This document shows, one piece after another, positions 32,621 through 46,506 of a stretch of DNA of 64,000 nucleotides. The translations under genes were made by a program, and so were the position numbers. The DNA is from Asterias rubens. Its lineage: Eukaryota. Below the pieces are notes generated by a model. The model was not told the origin of the DNA. It made no database searches and was given only the letters and a program-made list of their open reading frames with translations. How positions within the stretch are numbered: position 1 is the first letter of the stretch; each line of letters opens with the position of its first letter. The stretch covers positions 20,088,001 through 20,152,000 of the forward strand of contig NC_047070.1 in NCBI RefSeq assembly GCF_902459465.1, read 5' to 3'.

Positions 32621-35465
32621 ATGGCGTTAAGGGGTCCGAAGAGAAGGGGTTCGCCATCCTCCAAGCGTCCCGGCGTAGTTGCCTCCAAATTACGTGGGGG
32701 CAGATCGAGGTACATAAGGCAAGCTACGATTGGAAAACGAAGAAGCAGTAGGTAAGCCCTACTGATACTTCAAGGAATAAATGATGTGGAGGGGTCATTA
32801 ATTAATATTGGTGTTTCCTTGTAATTGTCAAAGACCTGTCTTCCCATTTGGTGTATCCCAACATAAAATAACAAACCTGTGAAAATTTGAACTCAATTGG
32901 TTTTCGAAGTTACGAGAGAATAATTGACGAAAAAAACACTCTTGTCGCACAAGTTGTGTGCTTTCAGATGTTTGAATTCGAGACCTCGGGTGAGGTCTCG
33001 AATTAGATTAAAATATTTTACTGAGAAATTATCTCTTTCCCCAAAACTTCGTTACTTCAGAGGGAGCCGTTTCTCACAATGTTTTGTATTATCAACAGCT
33101 CCCCATTACTCGTTCCCAAGTAAGGTTTTATGCTAACAATTCATTTGAGTATAATTCATAAATGCAAAATAGAAGCAAATAAACAAATGAAGGGAAAATC
33201 AAAATTTGCCTTTTCTATGTTCTTGCAAATCGATACCAAATATTGACTTTCGTAATCGATAGTGATATTTTACTATCGCTTGACCAGGAACCTTCGTCAT
33301 CGTGAGGTCAAGACTTCCGGATCCGGGGTCAACACTTCTGGGATGTCATTAAGGGTAAAGGGTCAGAAGAAGGTACGTGAGATTCTAATTTAATATCAAA
33401 TCATGATGAAGTGTTAGTAAAGCTGTAAGCAGGTATTTGATTTCTGCTTATTATAAAGACGGCCATTGACACATTGTCCAACCCTGTTGTTTTGCCAAAA
33501 GGCCGGTCGTGGCACTTGTGTGTTCTTTAGCCAGCTATGACTGAATGGAGTATGATGGTACCTCGCCGTTCACATAAACGAACCCGGAACACTTGTCTTT
33601 GAGTAGGATTGTTTCTGGTTCACACGCAAATACAAGCCCTTGTAAGCAGGTTTCCTCTAGCTTGTGATACCAGAGAGTAATAACTATGAGTAATAATTAC
33701 TAATTGAGTAAAGACTAGGCCAAGACGTCATATTTATAGTGTTAACGTCGTTTCTCTGATTTACAGATCGACATCTCCGAGAGAGCTGCTCATCGAAATT
33801 CCATCCGTCGAATAAAAGCCACGACTAGGCTTCCCTGGCGTTCTACCATCACCGCCTCAACCACGCCACGCTCCAAATCACTCCACGCCTCAACCACGCC
33901 ACGCTCCAAATCACTCCACGCCTCCACCACACCAAGTTCAAAGTCACTTCATTGGTACAACCTTCGAAGCTACACTTCACTTCACAAAAGTTCAAATGCC
34001 AGTAGGGTCAGTGTGGGTAATCCTGCCCGGTCTTCACCAAGTTTGAAAACCAAATCAATAAGTAAGAAGCGTACCCGGGTAGGCAAAGGGCGATTTGGAC
34101 CTAGGAATGTTCAACGAAGAGGGCTTCGTGCCGATATTATGAAGGTACGAACTAATCTGCATTGTTTCAATCATTAGTTCTTCAATCATTTTAGGAAGTT
34201 ACTCAAGAGGTACATAGACCCTAAAGAAGACTTGCCGTGTATAAAATTTGATAAATGGACTGCGACATTTTCCATGGACTCCACATACAAACAAAAAATG
34301 ACGAACACAGATTATTTCAAGAGATCACACTTTCATTTGGCTAAGTTTGGACCCCTAGTATGCAAGAGCAAACCTATGTTGGTCTGATTCATGTGAATTT
34401 GCTTAAGGGCAGTTTCCTGGCAGTAATTTTGCTTCTTTCTGTGTCCTTTTTTTATATATTCAGGATCTGATGTCTCGTCTTATACTAGTCCATTCTGCTG
34501 CTACGTCATCACACCTCCTACAGAAAGATAAACCAATTACCGCAAAGCTTCGTCCCCGTGGAGTATTCAACAACCAATCACAATCGATCATGACTGTGGT
34601 TAGAAAACTCAAAAGGTGCTTAGCAGCGACGGCTCGAATCTGCTGCTTTATGTGTCTACGCAACGGTAAAATGAAATGTGCTGAGTTCACAAATTCATGG
34701 CCAGGAGAGCGAGTGCACTGTTTTAGAAGTTGAAATATTTAATGAGAAAAAAACCCCGATATTTTTTAATCCATTTGACTTCATGAGAAGGACTTTAACT
34801 AACGGAATATTTCAGTAAAAGTTTTCTACTGCCAAATATTATTATTTTATCCAAAATAAGAAACGTTACTTGACATTTTGGCTTCATCGTTTGGGGAAAC
34901 CTCCCCAACTAACTATAGTTATTTTGCCATAATTTAATCTTTGCAAAGTAAGCTCTAAAGACCATTAACTTGGTTTGTTCAAAACAATGATGAAAGCTTT
35001 TATAAGGAATGAAAATCAAGTTTGAACGTAAAGTTGTAAGATCGTAATAAGTTCTCGTATTTGGAATGTGATCACTTTGTTACAGTTAAGAAAGTATGGA
35101 TGAATAAACACTCGTCAATAAAACAATAAAATTACCATAACGTGTGTATTTGTCTGCATCAGCTAACTAAGGAGTGTCATTGGTAATCCCGTGCCTTGCA
35201 TAGCAGTAACTGGTCCGGCCGGATAGAAGGAAAGATTACTGGATTTGTTTTTGTTTACCCGTCAAGTTTTGTCCGAGAGATTTCTTCTTGCACGGCGATA
35301 ATAACTATATAGCGCCCTCTGCTGACCTCTCTTTTCATGGCCAAACCTTTAGGTTTATTTCCGATTCAGCCTTAGGTAATTCATTAAGGCGGTCTTCTTT
35401 GATCTTACACGACAGGTGATACCCATGACCAGGAACAGAACAAAATAACACTTTCCATAGACTAG
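32621..35465 (+). CDS. Uncharacterised highly basic Arg/Lys/Ser-rich protein, 281 aa, 5 exons: 32621-32751, 33288-33372, 33767-34144, 34464-34665, 35416-35465
   Basis: ATG in GACCATGG context. Canonical GT-AG sites (gtaagc, gtacgt, gtacga, gtaaaa) with pyrimidine-rich acceptors and consistent phases 2,0,0,1. Total 846 nt with no internal stop, including a 126-codon exon. AATAAA follows near 35780. Exon 5 is the least certain because exon 4 could instead read through to a stop at 34733. Confidence 0.7.
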
Positions 35466-36449
35466 TGAGATCTTCACATATCCAGATCTATAATAACTGG
35501 TTGGTCTTTTGTTCTCCGTGTTGCAGCGGGCTTTGAACTGCCGCGTATTGTTTCACAGCGTAGTGATGAGTTTTGTGCTGTAACACTGCCAGTTTATATC
35601 ATGAGGTGTTATTACATTGCAACGTCACTGGTTGGTCATGATAGCTGCTCACCAAAATGGCGCTCTGTATCGCAATGGTGATGGACACATTCATCCTGTG
35701 GCGTTAATTAATAATGATCGGGCTTTCATTCCCCCCCCCTTTGAAGTAATCCTCTGATGGGAAGGTGTGCATAACGGCGATAAATACATTGAATTATTGT
35801 CCTTTTTGAAATAATGCTGAAATAGGGAAAGGGAAGCGTGCATAACGGCGTTGTTAACAACGAAGTCTCCTTCATAGGCGCTTTACATAAAACTGAAATT
35901 AACCAATAAACAAAAATAAAAAAATGCAAGAAATTCAAATACAGGAGCAGCAAAATATAAAATACTAAAAACAACCAAAATTCTGGACCAACCAATAGAG
36001 GAGACATTGGAAAAGAATTTAACAAGAAAGTGAAAACAGGTCTACATTAATAATAATATTAAACAATCAGTAAACAAATCAATTATTAACAAACTAATTA
36101 ATAATTCATCAATCAATGCATCAGCCAAACTAATCAATCATCTAATGAAGCAAAAAAAAAAAAAAAACACACACAAAAACAAACATTCAATCAACAATTT
36201 AATTAGTGATGAAATGTCATCCAGTACAATAATTAAATCAATCAAAAACCATTTTAAAAAAGGAAGTGATGACAGGACTTCGTAAAGAAATCCTGCACGA
36301 ATTAACTTGCGGACAGTTCAAAACAAATATGCAAACCACAAACCAACTACTGTACAATTATGAATAATCAGGACAATGTTATCTATTCTGATTGGTGGAA
36401 CACGTAGAGCCATGTTTTATGCGATATGAACGAGATGAGAAGTGTATAA

Positions 36450-36775
36450 AGGCACTGGACACTAGTGGTAACTTCTCAAGACATATATTAGCATAGAAAC
36501 TTACTTGGTAACGAGCAATGGAGAGTCGTTGTAAGAAACGATGTTTTTTCAGAAAGAGGTAATTTCTAACTAAAATTTTTGAACCTGAGAAAGACTTCAG
36601 GGCTGTAGCCTTTCTCAATCATCTGAGAGCACAAACATTTTGTGCAATTTATTTCTTGCGACTTCGATGACCACTAGCACTAAGCCCAAATTTTCACAGA
36701 TTTTTTAATGCAAATGTTGGGATACACCAAGTGAGAATACTGGTCTTGGAAATTACCAAAGGTATACCCCTGCCT
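36450..36775. mobile_element. Kolobok-like non-autonomous element (TTAA target); partial copies at about 32821-33155, 39150-39340, 47320-47466 and 54669-54930
   Basis: Termini AGGCACTGGACAC..GGTAA / TTACC..CCCCTGCCT|TTAA. Copies share GAGGGAGCCGTTTCTCACAATGTTTT and the same internal sequence. Confidence 0.8.
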
Positions 36776-39700
36776 TTAAAGTTAGTTTTATTCTCCCATT
36801 ACCAAACGTGGTCAGTGTCTTTAAACATTAACCGTTGCACACCAAGCTATATACGTATAGGCTCTAATTTACGAGTAACGCAATTAATACATACTGGTAA
36901 AATCTATTTAGTATGCACGCGTAGCACAATCATTGAGCGTAACGGAGCCAAGGACGTGACAGGAATTAAGAACTTATAGAAAAGCACTTTACAGTTTTTT
37001 CCAATAATTACTTCGCTTTGGAACAAAAAAGGGAATTATTTATGAGTATAGTGAGGAAAGTGGAGTATAGTGACTAGCCTAATAGTGATTCAGGGTTAAA
37101 CGTTTGTTTTAAACCTTGCAGGGTCTTAGCCAAGTGATAAAGGACCTCTCATTATTTGGCTCATTCCTTTATCGCACGACCACGACCCTGTTTAAGACCT
37201 TGCCCCCCAAAAAAACTCAATCCAATAGAACCTTACATTGTGTTCACAGCTTAAATTCCATTAACCCTAAAACCCAGATTTTACTAAATGAAGTCAAGGT
37301 GGCTTATTGCACGTCAAAGTCAAGAGATTAATTAAACACAAAACGTTTTACCAAAGAGCTAAAATGAGGGAGGCCAACGAAGAGGAAGCCATTTATTGTT
37401 CGCGGAGCAAATGGTCAGTATGTCTTTTTTTTGCGCGCTATTTTTCCTAATTAGGGGCGACTTTCTCATTTGTTGCTACGCTGTGGGCCCAATTTCATAG
37501 CTACTGATGCCAAAAATAGAGCCCGGCAAAAATGAACAGGATGCCAGTCACAAATAATCCATGTGACCGTAGTTTGGCTGGTATAAAACTTGCTCTGTCA
37601 AGCATTCTTTTGTGCGTTGGGCAGCTCTACAAAATTGGGTCAATTAAGGCTTGTGCAGGAATAAGATCTATTTGTGACAGAAGTAAATTCACGTCCATTT
37701 TGCATGCAATAAATGTTATAAACCGAACTTAATTCACATCATTGTAGATTTTGTTTTGGTTTTTAATTGACAACGTTTTGATTTTTGTTCTAGTTTCACT
37801 AAAAATTTTGTTCTCCCTAATGGATTGTGACAGCAATTATGATGGAAGCCATTGTCAGATTGTTTGATATACATGTTTGCTTAAACGTTTATATAAACTG
37901 ACAATCGTAATGATTGAATGAACGTAGATCGAACCGCCCACACTGTATTGTCACTGGTGGCATCCTGGTGACACATAATAATAACCACTGTTTACAGAGC
38001 CCCCTCCGGTAATGACAATTATGCCGTGCTGAAAGTCTTCAAATAACAATTCCAACAACCCAGCAGCAGCGAAAAAAAAAAAAAAAAAACGCACTCGATA
38101 ATAATTTTTATTTCCACTGCTCTCAAAACATCAATTTTATAACTCGCGAGATATTTGATTGGAACGTTTCCAACCATGATCATCTTTATACCATAAAGTT
38201 CATGTTAAAATTTGTGAACATTAAACCAAAGTTGTGCACACTCTAATGAGATGGTTTCCATGTACAATGTTTCTCGCGAATGGAAAACAAAACCACTCCC
38301 TTTTTGTATACCGAGACTCAACTTTCCAATAAAAAATTATGCGCGAGACTTCCTTGAAACGCAGCAGTTTGGATACAATATTATCAAGGCAACGATAGAT
38401 GTCTCGCGTGTATTCAGATTGGTGAGCTTCTTTAAGCTTCTTTGAGACAAATGGCCTGAACACAATTACCTTGATCATTTCTAGCTCCAGACCAGGGAAA
38501 ACGTTTGGGATTGAATTATTATAATGTATTGTCCAAACCACACCTGCCTATCCATGTCCTTTCCCCCCAGGAAGTTATGCATCCCCTCTAAAAACAAAGT
38601 GGTGTCCCATATCGTCGTTGCAAATTAGATCCCTACTTAAATCACTGGTTCCCCGAGTCTTACTCCAGGATATTCGGTCGTCAGTTACTTCGATTATCCA
38701 ACTATAGATAATGCTCCCTTTAGGTCTTTTATTTCCCAGGCCTGTAGTTGCCTACGCATTTAATTAGTGTAACTGTGTGTTCCTCGTGGTCAAACTTCTA
38801 ATTTGGCTTGAGGGCGTGCTTTGTATCCCGAAAACGGAAACCACGAAAACGCAACTTTTACTTTGAAGAGACTGTTCATTAATATAAAGTTGTTAATGGA
38901 TGCCAAAGGCTTTGTTTGTGGTTGCCTAAAGACATCAATGATTTACTGTAGTGTTAATAGTAATAATAATGTAATGTCAATGCTAGAGTGAAGTGGTCAT
39001 CATTTCACGTCATCCCGCACGCAGGATTCTGAGCATTTCGGGTAGTAAGTACAATCTTTCTTTTAAGTCATTAATAATGCTTCAAGTAAACGGCTCCCAC
39101 TGAAGTTACACAGTTTTAGAGAAAGAGGTAACATATCACTCAAATTTCAAAAGACTTTAGGTCTAAGCCTTTTTTTTAAGGCAACTGAATGCACACAAAT
39201 TTTGCGTCCTTTTTCGTTCATTATTCTCTTGCAACTCTGATGACCAATTGAGTCCATATTTTCACAGATGTTTTAATACATATGTTGAGATTCACCAAGT
39301 GAGAATACTGGTCATTGACAATTACCAAAGGTGTCCAGTGAACTTTTTATACACGCGAAGAAACACTCCTAGTGCTATCTCCCAACACTCTCAACAACCA
39401 ATCTTGTGGAGTGTGGAGAGTTCTCATTTATATGTGAGACTTTTCACGTGTATTTGCAACACATTCTAACTCGTACAATATGTACACGATGATACCATCC
39501 ACACCTTTCGTTATAGGTGACTCTCATATCAAAACTGCACGGCAAATATTTGACAGCCCCCGGTCAGTGGGCACTTCACCGATAATAAGCTTCATGAATT
39601 GATTAGAATGAAAATTACTGGCAATGACCGCCTATCGTGTCTTCCTTTGAACAAACATGAATACTGGTCAATTATATTAAGGTAAATTAGCGACTGGGGA

Positions 39701-42700
39701 AGAGGTTTCATTTTCAATGAACCCATTTCCTAGAGGGGTTATCGATTCAAGCACACCAGCCAAGTTATAGACTCTAAATAACACATTCCCAGTAACTGGG
39801 TAAGACTTTCTTAGCGAATCTCAAATTAAGCCTGAAGATTCTTACAACATTAAAAGAAAGTTACATCGATTGGCTTTTGGAAGAGTTTAATAACTATTTT
39901 GTTCGTACCCTATCTAGTTTTAAATACAAATCTTCCACAACCTGACACATAAATGAATCGGGTCTCCTAGGACCTAGCGAGCTTTCAAATTGAAACTTTG
40001 TCACCCATACACTTACCCGGATCCTTGACCCGACCCATTCCTGTGTCAATTTGACCCGGAATCTGTGTTATAAAAAATGGCCCCGAAATTGGGTCGGCCT
40101 TACCCCAAAATGGGTCCGCTTGACCAATAAATGAATCGAGTCTCCTAGGACCTAGAATCAGGGTCAATTCTAACCGGTGACTGAGTTTTTAAAGAGACAT
40201 TGTCAATCATTAAACCAATCATTGTTTAAACTGTTAATTTACGCCTATGCCCTTTGAATACCCATGTGAATGTTTTGAATGACTGCAGGGCTCAGGCCTT
40301 TGGAAATCAATATCGCAACTTATAAATAATCCATTGACAGAAATGAATACGATATAACCAAAGAAGCGATCTTTGTTGGATGGGAATAGAGACCCCTAAC
40401 CCTTGTTGTCTGTCAGGCAGGCACTTTGTAAATCGTTCTCGTCCAAGAAGTTTACCGCTTTATTCACAATGTTGTGGACGCGGTGTCCGTCATGCAAACA
40501 ATTCCGAGTTGTCTTGTATTATTGTAAAATGGGCCCAGTTGTCCCTAAACATGGTATCATTTTTTTGACAACAAAGTTCACCTCTATTTAAAAAAAAACC
40601 GGTCGCAAATAGGTAAAAAAGGAACAAAGACGCCACCAAAACAGTAAAACAAAACACAGCATCAACAGTTACGACGACGGTGATCAAAAAACCTAAGACA
40701 AACAAGCAGAACCAAGAAGAGGTTCATTTAATCTTATACTTGTGTTTTTAGTTAAATAAGTTTGTAGTCTACGTTTAGTATTGCCAGAAGTTTGATATAC
40801 ACTTTTAAGTGTTAAAACAGAACACAATCATACGTAAACTTTTGAAATTTAGTTTAATTCCTGCCGTTGGCAGCGCCCTTCCAAAGCCTCCCTTTTTACG
40901 ACGCGATGTTGTGTGTGACGTCATCAAAAGAAATTGCTTAATATTCCAGATGTCTTTAAGGTTGTATGGTGACTGTTATTATCATCGGTGACCAAGGAAG
41001 GAAATTATTACACATCCTTCGTTTTTATCTTTCTGTGATGGCAACATAGTTTTTAATGAATAATTTGTCCCCCAAGTTTCAGAATTTGCATAATTACTGC
41101 CAATTTATTGCCGAAAGATTAATATCAAGAAAGACAACAAAACTAAACAACAACAACAATAACAACAACAACTGAAATACGGCCAAGGCAATCATGTACT
41201 TCGTATGCTTTGTGATGGAAACATAATTGATATTATGAACAAGGTGTCTCCAAAGTCAAAAGACTTTTTGTAGTTATTCACAAAGAAATAAAAAGAAAGA
41301 CACAAACCCAAACAACAACTAAAATACAACCTCCTCATCTAGAAGTCAACCACGTACTTCCTCTACTATGGTATTCAGTCCGTCAGCAGAGCAAGGTCAT
41401 CATAATGTTAAACTTGCAATCATTTCGGTCTGGTTGCTGGGATACCTCGAGTCGCTGATGGCCGGGACCGCAAAAAAGAATACCATCTTCCCAATCCGAT
41501 GAAATGCCATTGAATTGCCGGAGGGCTTGTCATTGTCCACTCAGCATCCATCGCTGGTACCTCTACCGATTGAGTTCCGTTATGTCAGTCTCCCTCCGTT
41601 GTCTCTATGTATATTATAACAAAAAGGTAAAAAACAAGCCTCTGGCGATCGCCATGCAGTGCTTAAAACGAATCAACTCCATAAGAGTATGCCGACTTAC
41701 GAAGTCTTTATAGCGGCTCTAGCCCGTTGAGACTAAGGGGAGAAAAATGAAGAAAGTTCGGCGATGAATCTAACGAGATGAGACGAGATCGTGTGTGTTC
41801 AATTTGACCATTTAGATCTGTATCTTTGGATTTAGGGGAGCCTAAACGGATTGGAGGGGACAGACGCTCGTCAAGAGCTCTTGTTCTTATAAATTGTGCG
41901 TTGATAAATCATGGAATAGAAATAAATTGATTTGGTATACTAGAGGGGCTGTCTTTTGAATTTGAAATTGAGGGGAGATAAATAGAGAAACAAAGAAAAC
42001 AGTTTGAATTCCTGAGAGATTATGATGCACTCGGAATATTTGGACATTCATAAAGTCAAGTTGTGGTCTGTGCAGGGCAACTAAGGGTAACTTTCTTATT
42101 GAAGTTTAATTTGAAAGGAAATGATCGAGTCTTATAACTTGCGGGAAATGCCATCATACCGGCTAGATTAAAATATCAAGTTCACTTCAACAGCAAAAAC
42201 ATTTTCAAAAGTAAACCTAAACTGAACCATGGTTACCCTTACACGTGTATATGTGACTTTGATGTCACCTTATGCATTCAAGAGGTATACTGACGTTTTG
42301 TGAACTCTCAAACAACTTAATTTGGGCAAATTTGCGTCCTTTGTTCAAACTCCTTTTCCCCCAGCTCCAACAGTTTCAAAAATCGTGCACATGTAATTTA
42401 AAGGCGATTTTAGGATTCGCCATATGTTGCAGGCCTGTCGAGTAGCGTGCTGAAAATGCATCCAGTCCTGGACTGAAATTTGTCTTCTTGGTCATGCCTT
42501 TTTCATGTAATCTGAATGATGTACTAATTGTAATGGTAAACTTGTCGATACTTTCTAATATTCGCCATCTTGAAACCAAGCCTAGCCGAACCAACCACTC
42601 GGTCCCCTTCCTACATGGTTAAAGTTAGAGTGATCGGAAGCTATATCATTGTAGCACAACCGAAGACTTCCCAATGATCGTGGATGCTCCAACATGTTTT

Positions 42701-44894
42701 ATGGTCAGGTCGCCAAAAACGCCCCAACCTCCGCCGACACTTTGGGTCTGTTTGGCCCGGAGTCCAATATCCACTGACCTAGATGTCCGTACACATCTCT
42801 GTCTAAACTATAAAAAAATTAAACAAGAACAACCAGGCACTACACATGGCACTATTTCATAGAGCTGCTCGAGCACTAAAGGTAGCTAAGCACATCAAAG
42901 GTATACGATTACCTGAATAAGGTTTCCAGCCAAACTCCCATGTCACATGAACAATTTGTGACTGTCATCCTCCTTATTTCTGCATGGCAGATAATATTGT
43001 TTTTCACTAAAGAAGCTCCATCAAATTGGGCCCAGGTCTTTTGATCCTCTTCCCAACTTCACTAAACCTCACAGAATAATCTTTAGATGTGTAACAATCA
43101 TTGCTAAGCAAAGTGTGACGTCACAAAAAAAATCACGATGGAAATTTTATTGACAACTCGTCTTAAGATGAATTTGCGTGTTTGTGAAAGCGAGCACTGG
43201 TTCCCAATAAATTACCTTTAACCCAGATGTTTCGTTTTGTAAATTGCACTAAAATGATGTTATTTACTCGAAATCAACCCATTTTAGAGTTCCATGAGAC
43301 GTCATCGAGGGCTTATGACGGGGATACTTAAGCATTATAATGCTGACCCAACTTAGATCGTGTAAACGTTAACTGAAATTTATTGATGTGGAAGTTAATT
43401 TTAGCGGATTGCGGGTAAGGATAATAGGCCTAAGTAGTGATTTATGGTCATGGACAATAGTGATATTAAATCATTATATAGTAGTGCTTCATGCGCGTAT
43501 ATAGGGTGCTCCAGTTTTCAAGACGGCTTGCATATATACTTTTTATAATACGTGATGTACAATGCCAGCCGTTAGCATTAAATCAAATTTCCGTTAAAAC
43601 ATTGCGTGCATTAGTACAGATTGAAACATAGTGATTGTAAAAAACAAAACTCAAAATATTATTATGTTTTGTTGCTTTGGGTGAGGGTAAATGGTTCACT
43701 CATAAGTATCCCGCTTGTATAAGATGCACATTGAAGTAGGTCGTATAATAATGTAATTAGTTATTTAAAATCTAAAAGGAACCGCTTTCGGCCGAATAGT
43801 GCATTGCTAAGCGTATCATATCTGTATAATACGTTAATAAATAGGTCACGGTATGGTCACAGTCTAACTGTGCTATCTAGCCCTGCCCCAGACCGGCTTG
43901 TGCTGGAATCAAACAGACCCTGGTATATTAGCAGACCCGATGTGTATAAATCTTCTTCATTTTTTAGGTTAAATGGTTGGTTAGTAGAGAAAGGAGAAGG
44001 TTAATATTTAGACTAGATTACCGGACGTACATAATGCCTTGTCTGTAGTTGTTTTCTAAATGATGAATGGGGAATGGGACTGAGTTGTAATCAATTTAGG
44101 AGGGACAAACTGAGAAGTGAACCGAAGTGCTTGACCAACATAAGACGTAACTGATTTGAAGATCACTGGACATTATGTCTTTAAAGGAGACTTTACCTTG
44201 GATCGGTAGAGTTGGTCTTTGAAAATCGTTGAAACTGTTTGTTATGAAAAAAAGCATATGGTTAGATAGATAATTTGAAAGTGGAATATGATGATCCACA
44301 CAAACGTGCCTCGAAATAGCACGGTTTTCCTTCAACGTCGCGAAGAAACACGGTCGGCCATCGACGAGAAACATCACGTCGAGATGTTGTCTCACAGCAT
44401 GCACAAATTGTGTGTACCAATAAAGAAATATTTAAAATTAGGCAATTATTCCCTTGATTTGCGTCGTTCCTAGAACTGGTTTCTTTGTAACTAAGTTACC
44501 ATGTCAACGTGTTTGTTTTGCTACAGGATGTAAAATATTGACATTGAGCATGTCTCCTGGCCTAGGATGCTTTGTCAATACGTTTAAGAGAACCAAATGA
44601 CTGATTGCACTTTACTATCAATGGTCTGTCATCAGTGATTACAAGTCAATAGAATGGTATAATGCAACTACAGTAACATTGGGTCAATATCTCTGATGAG
44701 GCAGCTAAGCCGTGTCTGACACAGCGACTTTGGCTACAGCTATGGCTTAGATAATGCGCGTCTGCTCCTTCTTCAACACTGGTACACGCACTGAGCCATA
44801 GCTGTATGTAGCCGAAGTCGTCGTTTCGGAGACGGCCTCATGTTATTGTTTTAAGTATTTAGTTGTGTATGTATTCTCACTGCACTTTCTCGAG

Positions 44895-45025
44895 TTGTGT
44901 GAACATTTGGTACTACTGTTCGGGTGGGATTCGAACCCATGACCCTTGCAATTTTACAGCAGTGTCTTACTAACTAGACTACCGAAATTGCCCGGTAGCT
45001 AGAGGCAGTTCGAACAAAATATAGT
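44895..45025 (-). mobile_element. tRNA-derived SINE head fragment; similar heads at about 15980-16025 (-), 21903-21990 (+) and 62560-62600 (+)
   Basis: A- and B-box-like motifs (GGTAGTCTAGTTAG..GGGTTCGAATCCC) without an intact cloverleaf. Confidence 0.6.
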
Positions 45026-46506
45026 CCACGACAATGCCCCGGGCAAACTGATTGCGATGCAACTGAAATTTCTTGCTGCCATTTTAAGAACAGTTGTACA
45101 CTGGAGAGGCAAGCGGAATGGATGTGTTCAAGTGATGAGTGTTGAGCCTTCTGCCCGGCAATGTGAATATTTTGCTGTTCATGGTCAGAGCTAAGTTAAA
45201 TTGATGGAACTTGTATTTTGGTGTAAGTGCTTGTCGGTACTACCCCTGCCATAGTACAATACGACCCTCTCAATATGTCAAGAGAAGATGCACAAGAATT
45301 GGACTTCTTAGGAGATCGTATTGTGCCTGCAGTGCTGTGCCCGTAAAACCCAGGGCCCAATTTTATAGAGCTGCTTAAGCACGAAAAGTAGCTAAGTTGT
45401 GCTTATACCAGAATAAGGCCACCGACCAAAGTAACATATCACATGTTCAGTTTGTGACTGGTAACCTGCTTATTTTTGCTTAGCAGAAATGTTTTAAGCA
45501 TACTATTCTCTACTTCAGCAGCTCTGAAATTGGTCCCAGAGCTCTTGTCCAGCACGTGACGTTGGTAATCTTTCGTGACCACTGTATATGCACCGATGAG
45601 CACAAGATCCGAACATAATTGCTTCTCTCCAACCGGCAATACAACAAGAGAGTTTGTGCAAGATGAAATCAGTATCCTGAATACGGACCTCTTCTTCAGT
45701 ACGATTTATTTTCTTCAAAATTTATCTAAAATTTATCTTGGATCCTTCTGTAAGAATGACTCAAGCGAAGAAATCACAATAAAAATGATCGTAGATATAA
45801 CGAACCAAGCTTTCTAATTATGAACTCAAGCAACAAGACTGCATTTAAATCGATTTCTAAAATAAAACCCACCTTCAAGAAGGCTTTCATGTTTGAGGAA
45901 GATTTTTGGAGTTCACGTCAAAATGGGAAAAATAATTGCTATCCTATAATAATCGCACGTTTCACGCTACATTCCATAAAGCAAATGACTGGAAAAGTGT
46001 CGATGAGCAAACACTAACATATAGACATCAATCTTTGTCTACTTTAAATAAAATAGTCGACGAAAAAAAGTGCAATGGGCCTGGTTTTCTGACAGCTCTG
46101 TGCAGTTCTTGTATGCGTTCATGATTCATTACAAGGCATCGTGTAGTGCGTAATAAGCTCACATCAGGCAATTTCAGGGCCTCTGTTAATCGCTCCTAAG
46201 CCAATTTAACCGTCAATGTAATTTATACATCGTATGTAGCGCAAGCAAAATACAAATGCTTAGAGGAAACGTGTAATGGGTCGCGTGTTAAGAGATGATT
46301 TAAAGGCTGGTTGTAGAACAGGTATCCACGTTCATTATATGAGATAATAGAGTGGTGATCTCGACAGAGGAAACATTAGCCAACTTCTCTCGATCAGTGG
46401 AAATATATCTTAAAGGTGTAACTTTTGGAAGCGATTACTCAACATCCCCAAAACAAAACTGATAGGAATTCAATATCATATTGGGAATCAATGTTCTTAT
46501 ATAATA

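Noticed and set aside
37369-37420. ATG..donor mini-exon (MREANEEEAIYCSRSK, gtcagt)
   Set aside because: No compatible downstream exon found, so it could be chance.
38575-38750. 58-codon minus-strand open stretch after a TAG (ATTGLGNKRPKG..FRGDA)
   Set aside because: Weak acceptor, no recognisable homology and no phase-compatible upstream exon that I could support.
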